A stretch of DNA of 4,823 nucleotides from a virus (IMGVR_UViG_2703718815_000008); one strand, 5' to 3'. Counted from the stretch's first letter, positions 1 to 4,823 are shown. Numbers and translations: made by a program. The notes: generated from the letters alone by a model not told the origin.

Positions 1-61
1 CACCTTCGGGTGGCACGAAAACTGCTGTAATGCAATGAAAAATAATGGATTATTTTTCGCG

Positions 62-90
62 TTGTCCACATATTGCCATAGTGATCTAAT
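62..90 (+). promoter_or_regulatory. Candidate sigma70 promoter for the DUF4177/yidD-like pair (TTGTCC-N17-TCTAAT)
   Basis: Seen in sequence: -35-like TTGTCC (62-67), 17-nt spacer, -10-like TCTAAT (85-90), about 70 nt upstream of the first start codon. The -35 also resembles a DnaA-box (TTGTCCACA vs TTATCCACA). No experimental support. Confidence 0.3.
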
Positions 91-160
91 GCTCGCATCG
101 TGAGGTGCGGGCTGTTTTAGGGCGTTTATTACTGTCTTTTTTATTAAAGGAGCTCAGGTA

Positions 161-403
161 ATGTATACCTATAAAATGATTCAGGTGCCGCCGAATATTT
201 CTGTAAAGGCAAAAGATAATAAAGCGGGGGTAGCTGCTGCATATCTTCAGAATGTTGTTAATGAACAGGCGGCGGATGGCTGGGAATTTCAACGGGTTGA
301 TACGATTGGTATAGAAGAGCAGCCGGGGTGTTTCGGTGGCGGAAAGGCGCAGTTTTTTCAATACTATGTGATTACTTTTAGAAAAAAAGTATCAGATGCT
401 TAA
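161..403 (+). CDS. Small cytoplasmic protein, DUF4177-like (80 aa)
   Basis: ORF with strong RBS AAAGGAG 8 nt upstream of ATG. N-terminal M-Y-x-Y-K and central GWEF...V motif match my recollection of the DUF4177 family. Stop overlaps the start of the next gene by 8 nt (translational coupling). Confidence 0.65.
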   Translation: MYTYKMIQVPPNISVKAKDNKAGVAAAYLQNVVNEQAADGWEFQRVDTIGIEEQPGCFGGGKAQFFQYYVITFRKKVSDA

Positions 404-629
404 ATGGCTTAGTATACGTCTGATTCTTTATTATCGTGCTCATGCGCCAGCCAGCATTCGTAACAGATGTCGTTATACTCCAAGCTGTTCGGCTTACACT
501 TTGGTGTCAATAAGGCGCTATGGCTTTTTTGAAGGCTGGCGATTAGGATTGAGCCGGATTTATCGCTGTCGTCCGCCTAATGGTGGTGCAGATTACCCTC
601 CTCATATTTGTAAATGTCGCAAATCGTGA
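396..629 (+). CDS. yidD: YidD-family protein (membrane protein insertion efficiency factor-like), stand-alone paralog
   Basis: 77-aa ORF carrying the YidD/haemolytic-domain signature: CRYTPSCSAY ... G...GW.LG..RI.RC.P..GGxDxPP. Not in the canonical rnpA-yidD-yidC context; here coupled to a DUF4177-like gene. Confidence 0.85.
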   Translation: MLKWLSIRLILYYRAHAPASIRNRCRYTPSCSAYTLVSIRRYGFFEGWRLGLSRIYRCRPPNGGADYPPHICKCRKS

Positions 630-640
630 GCGCGTAAGAA

Positions 641-680
641 AAAGAAAACCCGCAGTTTTTACGCTGCGGGTTTCTGCTTT
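641..680. terminator. Bidirectional rho-independent terminator shared by the yidD-like operon (+) and the hok mRNA (-)
   Basis: Stem CCCGCAG (649-655) / CTGCGGG (664-670) with 8-nt loop, flanked by an A-tract (641-648) and a T-rich tract (671-680), so it gives a U-tail on either strand. Confidence 0.7.
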
Positions 681-726
681 GGGATGTGTATAGGGTGCCT
701 TATCGGCCTTACCCTGGCAACCGATT

Positions 727-750
727 GACGGGGAAGTTGCCTTCCCCGTC
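727..750. other. Perfect 10-bp stem / 4-nt loop hairpin in the hok 3' UTR (probable mRNA-stabilising or fbi-region stem-loop)
   Basis: GACGGGGAAG-ttgc-CTTCCCCGTC, perfectly complementary arms, immediately downstream of the hok stop codon on the - strand. On the + strand it is followed by GCGGTTTTCTT, so it could also act as a + strand terminator. Confidence 0.5.
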
Positions 751-759
751 GCGGTTTTC

Positions 760-900
760 TTACTGTCTACATTGTAAGAACGCCGCAAACTCCGCTCCCC
801 AGAAGCTCATCCGTATCTCACACAGTGAACCGTGTAGCATCCAGATGATGAGGATTGCCGTTACGCAGAACGTAATGGCCGTAAGCGATTTTTGCGACAT
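760..900 (-). CDS. hok: Hok/Gef-family type I toxin (46 aa), absent from the ORF track because it is under the length cut-off
   Basis: Reverse-complement translation: MSQKSLTAITFCVTAILIIWMLHGSLCEIRMSFWGAEFAAFLQCRQ. One N-terminal transmembrane segment followed by SLCEIR and E.AAF motifs, as in Hok of plasmid R1 (..SLCEIRYRDGHREVAAF..) and E. coli HokA/HokC. SD-like AAGGAG about 8 nt upstream. Confidence 0.85.
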   Translation of the reverse strand: MSQKSLTAITFCVTAILIIWMLHGSLCEIRMSFWGAEFAAFLQCRQ

Positions 901-1003
901 AGCGCTTGCTCCTTTTTCGGGGAGGCGCTAACCTACGACTTGCGAAGGTTGTATGGCTAGGGCCTCGGGTTAACGTTAAAGTTGACTCGGGGCCTTTCCA
1001 CAT
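818..1003 (-). CDS. mok: mok-like overlapping reading frame (modulation of killing) of the hok locus
   Basis: 61-codon frame starting at ATG 1003 and overlapping the first 83 nt of hok in a different frame, as in mok/hok of R1. Its start lies upstream of the conserved leader hairpin, unlike R1, so the exact start is uncertain. Confidence 0.4.
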   Translation of the reverse strand: MWKGPESTLTLTRGPSHTTFASRRLAPPRKRSKRYVAKIAYGHYVLRNGNPHHLDATRFTV

Positions 1004-1008
1004 TCGGC
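941..1008 (+). ncRNA. sok: Predicted Sok-like antisense RNA (about 65 nt)
   Basis: Inference by analogy to R1 Sok. Candidate + strand promoter TTGCTC (906-911)-N17-TAACCT (929-934), TSS near 941. Imperfect hairpin 961-994 (GGCCTCGGG...CTCGGGGCC) followed by a U-rich stretch (995-1004). Antisense to the hok leader and mok start. Boundaries approximate. Confidence 0.3.
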
Positions 1009-1053
1009 CTTCGGGTATTCCCTCCAGCCATCAGCCGAAAGGCACCCGCGCGA

Positions 1054-1083
1054 ATTCTAGCCTGGTTTTTTCCCTTGTTTCAA
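1054..1083 (-). promoter_or_regulatory. Predicted hok promoter (TTGAAA-N18-TAGAAT on the - strand)
   Basis: -35 TTGAAA (rc of 1078-1083), -10 TAGAAT (rc of 1054-1059), giving a TSS near 1048. The predicted 5' end GGGUGCC (rc of 1041-1047) is perfectly complementary to GGCACCC (rc of 693-699) in the 3' UTR, matching the tac/fbi end-pairing typical of hok mRNAs. Predicted mRNA about 400 nt, as for R1 hok. Confidence 0.45.
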
Positions 1084-1087
1084 TCCG

Positions 1088-1117
1088 TTGAGACTTATCA
1101 GCCTTCTGATGTAAAAT
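1088..1117 (+). promoter_or_regulatory. Candidate + strand promoter divergent from the hok promoter (TTGAGA-N18-TAAAAT)
   Basis: -35 TTGAGA (1088-1093), -10 TAAAAT (1112-1117) with TG immediately upstream. Would give a transcript of about 64 nt ending at the 1164-1187 terminator. Confidence 0.3.
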
Positions 1118-1163
1118 TCCCGACCGCAGACATTATTCAGTCACGCATTTGATACATGCTTCC

Positions 1164-1187
1164 GCCGGCGTTCGCGCCGGTTTTTTT
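1164..1187 (+). terminator. Rho-independent terminator (+ strand)
   Basis: GC-rich stem GCCGGCG (1164-1170) / CGCCGGC with loop TTCG, followed by T7 (1181-1187). On the - strand there is no U-tract after the stem, so it is oriented for + strand transcripts. Confidence 0.6.
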
Positions 1188-1355
1188 CGTCCTGTTGCTG
1201 CATAGATCGTCATGCGCGATCGAGGCGCGGTATTGATCCTTTTTTCAGTTTAATTTTGACTCTCAATTTTACGCAGGCCGCGCCGCGTCTGGCTTCGTTG
1301 TTTGACGATTTTTTGATGCGATCCTTTCGTGATCGTTTCCCGTCTCGCGTAAAGT

Positions 1356-1451
1356 ATGAAAACTCTTTTAATATCATGCGGTTTTATTGCCCCTGCCATT
1401 TATGCGATCGTAAAAACCACTCTGAAAACTGCAAAAAATTTCAAAGCGTGA
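1356..1451 (+). CDS. Hypothetical 31-aa hydrophobic peptide (speculative small membrane protein or type I toxin-like ORF)
   Basis: ATG...TGA frame translating to MKTLLISCGFIAPAIYAIVKTTLKTAKNFKA: a hydrophobic core plus a Lys-rich C-terminal tail. Weak or absent SD and rare codons (ATA, TTA). The 3' end overlaps a perfect palindrome. May be non-coding. Confidence 0.15.
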   Translation: MKTLLISCGFIAPAIYAIVKTTLKTAKNFKA

Positions 1452-1563
1452 AATTTCAGATCTCCGCTTTTCCCTCAGTTGCTGCGCGGGCTGGCGGTCA
1501 GTTTTGCACGGCAGAAAACTGAAAAAGTGTTTCGACACAAAACCCGCGGGTTGGAGGGGGTAG

Positions 1564-1613
1564 CGCGGTTTACGTCACCTCACACTTTACGTCACACCGT
1601 TTACGCGGTGTGT
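1564..1613. repeat. Iteron-like direct repeats (TTTACGTCAC x2 plus TTTACGCGG) with an embedded 7-bp inverted repeat
   Basis: Seen in sequence: TTTACGTCAC at 1569-1578 and 1586-1595, TTTACGCGG at 1600-1608 (spacings 17 and 14 bp). Inverted repeat CACACCG (1593-1599) / CGGTGTG (1607-1613). Function unknown. Confidence 0.5.
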
Positions 1614-1665
1614 GCATACAGCGCCGGAATGGCACGCAGAACGCATTAATCAGGTGGTGGATATG

Positions 1666-1692
1666 AAAAACGCACGGTCGGAACCGTGCGTT
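1666..1692 (-). terminator. Rho-independent terminator of the - strand operon (downstream of the 565-aa gene)
   Basis: Stem AACGCACGG (1669-1677) / CCGTGCGTT (1684-1692) with loop TCGGAA. On the - strand the stem is followed by a U5 tract (complement of A1666-1670), about 40 nt after the stop codon at 1731-1733. Confidence 0.55.
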
Positions 1693-1730
1693 GTTTGATG
1701 GGGCGTTTATGTGGGTTTTATGTCGGGAGC

Positions 1731-3428
1731 TCAGGCGATAAGGTCGCCGTATTTTTCGCGCAGGCTCGTAGCCTGCAGGGCATCTGCGGCAAGTTCGCCG
1801 CTGTTCATTGGTGCGCCAGTGTTGTTGTGGGTGTGGTTTGCTGTGTGCGTGGCCAGCAATTGAATCAGATCCAGAATATCAATCAACAACGTCAGCAGAT
1901 TAAGTTCGGATTTTTCCCGTGAGCCACCGCGACCAATAAATACTGTCGGGGCTGTAAACTTCAGACCGCCGTCCGCCCGGCATGTTCTGCGGCCTCCCAC
2001 GTTTTCAGTCAGGTCCTGCTCAATTGTGGATATTGTCCCTTTGAGTTTAGTCAGCAAATCCTGCGCTACCATCTGGATATGCTCGCTGGCTGCGATCGCG
2101 TAATGGCCGGTAGTAAGGTGCTCTATTTGTCCTGCCGCCAGCTTGCTGGTTCCCAGAACACTGGTTATGTCGTTTGCCCGTACTGTGGTTGTTCTGGTTG
2201 TTGTGGTGCGCTCTTCTGCATCACTGTTAATTGTGCGGGTGGCTGACTGCTCCCTGATTTGCTGGTCTGTTTCTCTGTGCCAGCTTCCGTCAGTCGTGAC
2301 GCGCTGAAACACTTCTGCGCGCTGTTGCTGCAGTTGTTCGCCGGGCTTTACATCAGGCAGGTTATGGCCAGCAGGTAAGATTTGCCTGATAACAGGTTTA
2401 TCCGGGCGCCCTTCAATGTTAGATATTTCCACGATGGTGCCTGCCGGCGGGTAGGCAAAACATCCCGCCTCGCTACCAGCCATCGGGACGGGGAGTGGGA
2501 CTGCCGGGTAAACAGGCGTATCGCTTTTATCGTTGCCGTCCTCATCGAGCAGTTGCACGTCCACGGCGTAGCGTGGACGGAAGCTGTCGGCCACATCGCC
2601 CAGGGTGGCGGATTCCGTTGGTGCAATGACGCGCGCCAGCCTGGTGTGTAGTGTGCCGCTGGCCAGTTCCGGGAACTGTGTTTCCATCTGTCTGCGTAAT
2701 GGTGATTTGGAGACAGGGCTGCCCGTGACGGTAAGGCGCTCCCACGTCAGAGTCATTTTCTCGTTGTTGAGGGCTACGCGGGTAATACGCCCGGTGGGAA
2801 GATTCACGCCCGGTCGCACAGTTTCCATGAACATGATGTCGATGCTGTTTCCGCCGCTTTGCCCGAGAGCGTACTGTTGCGGAATATCCGGCATCGTAAT
2901 ACTGGCAAATCGTGAATCAGCGGCGCTTCCCACAAATACAGAACCGTCCGGCATTGGGTGCCAGACGTAATCGCTGATACTGAATGCGCGCCCCAGCTGG
3001 CTGAGTAGCTGCGTTCCGCTGCCGCTGTGGGTGATGTAGGGGGTTGGTGTGTTGACATAATCCGCGTCCGGGGTGATAAAAACGATGCCGCTTTGTCGTC
3101 CCAGATTATCTAACACCTCCCGCAACGTCGGGTGTTGCATGGAGCAGGGGAAATCAAAATCCAGCACAGCAGCTGCTTCACGGATAAAAAGGCGGCGCGA
3201 ACCATTTTCGGCGGGTTGGTCGCGTTCAACGTAGCCGGAGAAATAGCGCCAGACTTCACCGTCACGGCCGAGATCAATTTGTACCATTGCGCCGGCAAGG
3301 CTTTTTTCTGGTGACAGATTATTAACAGAAATGAAGCCACGACCGGCAGCATTCAGGGTAAGAACAAGGCTTATATCGGCAATTTCCACCCGTTCGCCAT
3401 TAATCATGCAGCGTTGTATCAATTTCAT
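1731..3428 (-). CDS. Hypothetical 565-aa protein; tentatively a phage-tail-like structural protein (baseplate hub/spike- or fibre-like), last gene of the operon
   Basis: Long ORF with strong RBS GAGGAAGGG and an ATGA start/stop overlap with the upstream gene. No Walker A motif, no signal peptide. Thr-rich tract TTTTRTTTV and His-rich C-terminal segment LIQLLATHTANHTHNNTG (HxH-type motifs occur at metal-binding tips of trimeric phage spikes and fibres). An N-terminal segment, FSGYVE...TLREVLDNL...GIVF, loosely resembles gpD/gp27/VgrG hub motifs. Product is inference only. Confidence 0.8.
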   Translation of the reverse strand: MKLIQRCMINGERVEIADISLVLTLNAAGRGFISVNNLSPEKSLAGAMVQIDLGRDGEVWRYFSGYVERDQPAENGSRRLFIREAAAVLDFDFPCSMQHPTLREVLDNLGRQSGIVFITPDADYVNTPTPYITHSGSGTQLLSQLGRAFSISDYVWHPMPDGSVFVGSAADSRFASITMPDIPQQYALGQSGGNSIDIMFMETVRPGVNLPTGRITRVALNNEKMTLTWERLTVTGSPVSKSPLRRQMETQFPELASGTLHTRLARVIAPTESATLGDVADSFRPRYAVDVQLLDEDGNDKSDTPVYPAVPLPVPMAGSEAGCFAYPPAGTIVEISNIEGRPDKPVIRQILPAGHNLPDVKPGEQLQQQRAEVFQRVTTDGSWHRETDQQIREQSATRTINSDAEERTTTTRTTTVRANDITSVLGTSKLAAGQIEHLTTGHYAIAASEHIQMVAQDLLTKLKGTISTIEQDLTENVGGRRTCRADGGLKFTAPTVFIGRGGSREKSELNLLTLLIDILDLIQLLATHTANHTHNNTGAPMNSGELAADALQATSLREKYGDLIA

Positions 3429-4000
3429 GTTTTCCCTTCCTCTTTCACGCTCCCGATGCCAACAGCATCCAGACCAGAGCCAACGGCATCATTGATTTTT
3501 TTCCAGAACGAACTTTGCGTATTCATGCCTTTGTCTGGTGCCTGTTCGCTACCGTTCTGGGTCTGCTGTCTGGCGATGGTTTTCTGCGAACCGCTGCGTG
3601 CGGATGCTTTCTCTGGCACGCTTAATTTTTCCCTGAGAGTAAAGGTAACCTGCCAGTGCATTTTTCCCTGTTGTTCCGTGGCATCAATGCCACCAGAAAA
3701 TACCCCCTGTCGCATATTGATTGCCTTCGCGGTAGCGTTAGCAATGCGATATGTTTTTTTAGCACCGTTGCTTTCTGTTGCCTCCGCAAGCTGAAAAATA
3801 CGGGTCAGAATAGCTTCATCATTAAAATCAATAACCCCCGACACGCGCAGCTCTTTAGCCTTGTTTCCCTGCTGGGCGCTCGTGGTGCTGGTTGACTGTC
3901 CGGACATATCTTTGTCCGGTAGTTGCATGGTGGCGCTGACGGTGATGTTGCGCAGCAGAATGGCTTCCCCGTCAAGCGCAAGGACAATCATCTGGGTCAT
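3425..4000 (-). CDS. Hypothetical 191-aa protein (Ser/Thr/Gln/Gly-rich; possibly a phage-tail-associated structural protein)
   Basis: ORF with excellent RBS AAGGGAGG 7 nt upstream of ATG 4000. Stop overlaps the start of the 565-aa gene (ATGA). No signal peptide, transmembrane segment or nucleotide-binding motif. Product unknown. Confidence 0.75.
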   Translation of the reverse strand: MTQMIVLALDGEAILLRNITVSATMQLPDKDMSGQSTSTTSAQQGNKAKELRVSGVIDFNDEAILTRIFQLAEATESNGAKKTYRIANATAKAINMRQGVFSGGIDATEQQGKMHWQVTFTLREKLSVPEKASARSGSQKTIARQQTQNGSEQAPDKGMNTQSSFWKKINDAVGSGLDAVGIGSVKEEGKT

Positions 4001-4685
4001 GTAGTGCCTCCCTTAGTGATGAGAGATTATCGCCGACGAACAGCATCACAGCTGTAAAAACCCACTCGGGGTGTGGGATGTTTTTTTGTATCAGCACTGC
4101 AGCCTGGCTAAGGGCTCCCTTGTAGCAAAAGCGCCACACCGGGCAAAATTTTTGCCGGAGTGCAGCCTGCTGATCAGCGATTTCCTGTAAGGCTTTATCT
4201 CTCGCATTCATGAACTGATGCAGTGATGATGACAATGTTTCCGGTGATGTGGCGGCAGGAGTGGCTGCCTGTGCAATGGTTGCCGCCAGCGACATGCTGC
4301 GAGTGGTCTGTGTCGACAGCATTATCGGTTCCGGAAGTGATGTTGCCGGTCTGGCGGGGATTTGCATTCTGCTGATGGCCAGTGAAAGCTGGCTGGAGAT
4401 CATGCGGGACATTCGTCCCACCTCCGGCAACGGAAATGCGCCTGAAAATTGCCTGGCGAGTGATAAAAACTCGCCAGCAGAAGGAGCGCAAAATAACAGC
4501 GCCACAATGTCCTTTTCTGTGTTTTCTTTCAGATAGGGTAAAAGTGCAGATACAGCATTTTCGGGGCTGAGATAACGCCCCGATGGTTTGATGTTTCCGG
4601 TATTTTCTGACCATGGATGCAGGCAAACCACAGAGCATTTAATGTTCATGGCTGACGGGCGCAGAATTGCCTTTTCCCATTTCAT
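3972..4685 (-). CDS. Hypothetical 237-aa protein with two domains joined by a low-complexity Ala/Thr/Ser/Pro linker
   Basis: ORF with RBS GGAGAG. Start overlaps the stop of the upstream gene (ATGA) and the 3' end overlaps the 191-aa gene by 29 nt in another frame. No recognisable catalytic motif. Product unknown. Confidence 0.7.
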   Translation of the reverse strand: MKWEKAILRPSAMNIKCSVVCLHPWSENTGNIKPSGRYLSPENAVSALLPYLKENTEKDIVALLFCAPSAGEFLSLARQFSGAFPLPEVGRMSRMISSQLSLAISRMQIPARPATSLPEPIMLSTQTTRSMSLAATIAQAATPAATSPETLSSSLHQFMNARDKALQEIADQQAALRQKFCPVWRFCYKGALSQAAVLIQKNIPHPEWVFTAVMLFVGDNLSSLREALHDPDDCPCA

Positions 4686-4823
4686 TCTGACTCTCCAGCC
4701 TGAAAAGCGCGGATGTCGGCAAGATTATTAAGGCTATCCAGCACGTCCTTCATCTGTCGCTGACGGCGATAAATCTCGTCATTGCGATCGACCTGCGCCT
4801 GCGCCATTGCTGCCGCCAGTTCT
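4682..4823 (-). CDS. 3' end of an upstream gene (5'-truncated by the window edge); C-terminus predicted alpha-helical and charged
   Basis: Open frame running to the window edge and ending ...ELAAAMAQAQVDRNDEIYRRQRQMKDVLDSLNNLADIRAFQAGESQN with stop TGA at 4682-4684 overlapping the next start (ATGA). Coiled-coil-like composition; it could be the end of a tape-measure-like or scaffold-like protein, but that is speculative. Confidence 0.6.
   Translation of the reverse strand, partial: ELAAAMAQAQVDRNDEIYRRQRQMKDVLDSLNNLADIRAFQAGESE

Noticed and set aside
86-361. 91-aa ORF on the - strand, antisense to the DUF4177-like gene
   Set aside because: Entirely antisense to a better-supported gene with a strong RBS and a coupled downstream partner; no RBS of its own. 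Likely spurious.
693-720. REP-like sequence (GCCTTATCGGCCTTACC resembles the REP core GCCTTATCCGGCCTAC)
   Set aside because: Only a partial, indel-containing match without the full REP palindrome. Better explained as part of the hok 3' UTR structure (fbi-like region).
686-1091. ORF-track frames 686..931 (+), 906..1091 (+) and 543..788 (-)
   Set aside because: They overlap the hok CDS, its leader and its 3' UTR on the wrong strand or frame, lack an RBS, and have odd composition. Most likely spurious frames through structured RNA.
680-1100. Structured, GC-rich non-coding stretch initially considered as a housekeeping ncRNA (tmRNA or RNase P RNA)
   Set aside because: No match to the conserved tmRNA or RNase P motifs I can recall; the region is fully explained as the hok mRNA leader and 3' UTR with its hairpins.
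1256-1522. 88-aa ORF (+) in the non-coding gap, TTG start
   Set aside because: Non-canonical start, no RBS, and it runs across palindromes and GATC-cluster motifs with an implausible Cys/His-rich composition. The region looks regulatory or RNA-coding rather than protein-coding.
3972-4000. Possible programmed frameshift joining the 237-aa and 191-aa ORFs (like phage tail-chaperone G/GT)
   Set aside because: The 191-aa ORF has its own strong RBS (AAGGGAGG) and ATG inside the overlap, and no slippery heptamer is evident, so independent initiation is more parsimonious.
1686-4638. Multiple nested or antisense ORFs inside the three large - strand genes (for example 1686..1922+, 2348..2626-, 2382..2651+, 2542..2745-, 2605..2970+, 2804..3058-, 3110..3352-, 3132..3314+, 3414..3794+, 3656..3895+, 3805..3987-, 4195..4638-, 4249..4536+, 4382..4570+)
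   Set aside because: All lie within longer ORFs that have strong RBSs and start/stop coupling. They lack their own translation signals and are typical out-of-frame or antisense artefacts of GC-rich coding sequence.
1-4823. CRISPR array, tRNA/rRNA genes, insertion sequences or transposase genes
   Set aside because: No regularly spaced repeat-spacer array, no tRNA T-loop or cloverleaf signatures, no rRNA-like conserved stretches and no transposase-like ORF or terminal inverted repeats were seen on manual inspection.

Overview
Enterobacterial-type window (about 50-55% GC by eye) with three blocks. (1) 1-680, + strand: an overlapping two-gene pair, a DUF4177-like small protein and a stand-alone YidD-family paralog, ending at a bidirectional terminator. 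(2) 645-1090, - strand: a complete hok/sok-type type I toxin-antitoxin locus. The 46-aa Hok-like toxin is absent from the supplied ORF track because it is too short. It has an overlapping mok-like frame, a predicted promoter, 5'/3' (tac/fbi-like) end complementarity and a probable Sok-like antisense RNA. (3) 1731-4823, - strand: a tightly coupled operon of at least four genes (upstream partial, then 237 aa, 191 aa, 565 aa) encoding proteins with no ATPase motifs and no signal peptides. Their function is unknown; I tentatively read them as phage-tail/baseplate- or fibre-like structural proteins, and this is the best candidate for an undescribed system. Between blocks 2 and 3 lies a roughly 630-bp non-coding gap (1100-1730) unusually dense in signals: two terminators, a candidate orphan sRNA unit, 7 GATC sites in 258 bp, a repeated ATGCGATC motif, perfect palindromes, iteron-like direct repeats and a 31-codon hydrophobic ORF. 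No rRNA, tRNA, CRISPR array or transposase was seen. All product calls rest on motif recall and manual reading, without database searches.
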